Notes under the pieces: generated by a model
Databases searched by the model: none
What the model was told of the DNA's origin: nothing
The model's input: the letters and a program-made list of their open reading frames with translations, nothing else
Made by a program: the position numbers and the translations under genes
Source: Candidatus Aminicenantes bacterium
Lineage (GTDB): Bacteria; Acidobacteriota; Aminicenantia; UBA2199
Assembly: GCA_963822075.1 (NCBI GenBank)
Contig: CAWGGP010000011.1
Location: forward strand, 98,386-162,385
Direction: 5' to 3'
DNA length: 64,000 nt
Shown here: positions 63,748 to 64,000 of the stretch, piece after piece
Layout of the letters: each line of letters starts with the position of its first letter
Numbering within the stretch: position 1 is the first letter of the stretch

Positions 63748-64000
63748 TTATTTTTTTTCTTCCTTCCACATCAAGGGGCCGAAGATATTGCTAAGATCGA
63801 CGGGCAAGGTGGGATTGGGTACGAAGTTGCCCGCTTCGCCGCTGCCCAGATACGGTTTCCATTTGTCATCCATTGGACCGTAACCCAGGATCTTGCCGCT
63901 CTGCGCCAGGAAATCGCCCAAGGTGTATTGGCTGCCTTTTGAAGTCAGCTTGAATTGATAGACATAGTGCATGCCGCCGACCGATGAAGTTGAGCCGCAA
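63748..64000 (-). CDS. 3' end of an unidentified gene that continues beyond the window
   Basis: Open frame to the window edge (..HYVYQFKLTSKGSQYTLGDFLAQSGKILGYGP..LMWKEEKK-stop). No family recognised. Confidence 0.35.
   Translation of the reverse strand, partial: CGSTSSVGGMHYVYQFKLTSKGSQYTLGDFLAQSGKILGYGPMDDKWKPYLGSGEAGNFVPNPTLPVDLSNIFGPLMWKEEKK

Overview
GC-rich bacterial chromosomal segment. The gene content (Mla, LolB-like, PpiD, Slt, MltG) suggests a diderm, non-proteobacterial lineage, but taxonomy cannot be verified from this window. I count about 65 protein genes and 3 tRNAs, with no rRNA and no CRISPR array.

Layout:
- 1-16.3 kb, + strand, housekeeping: hppA remnant, lolB-like/ispE/tRNA-Gln/prs/ctc/pth, rpsF-rpsR-rplI-dnaB, mlaEFD, radA, PIN-TRAM, ispF, der, parAB.
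- 16.34-16.60 kb: an AT-rich gap where gene orientation flips from + to -. It contains a 28-bp dif-like XerC/D site.
- 16.6-49 kb, - strand: two FtsX/MacB permeases, pgeF, mltG, ruvX, ddl, slt, a GAF protein, a phosphoesterase, lipA, an M24 peptidase, an OPT transporter, ppiD, a histidine kinase, era-corC-ybeY-pgpH-phoH, a DUF3187-like protein, a DASS symporter, metH-metF, an RNA methyltransferase, a HAD hydrolase and an exonuclease.
- 49-52.2 kb, + strand: a PIG-L deacetylase and a DUF4091-type protein.
- 52.2-57.05 kb: a lower-GC, decayed integrative island in tRNA-Glu, bounded by a perfect 44-bp direct repeat. It carries a phage-type nuclease and ATPase as pseudogenes, an IS fragment, an integrase remnant and two intact orphan ORFs.
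- 57.9-62.2 kb: a GntR-controlled glycyl-radical enzyme locus of unknown substrate.
- The window then ends with a low-GC orphan gene and an Ig-like lipoprotein.

Caveat: at least 21 reading-frame breaks interrupt otherwise well-conserved genes, including essential ones (prs, era). Most are therefore probably sequence indels rather than biology, and gene boundaries for those loci are reconstructed across frames.

I found no recognisable complete defence system. The most interesting leads are the island cargo and its regulatory region, the dif-like site, a heptamer-built long palindrome upstream of metF, and the unassigned GRE locus.
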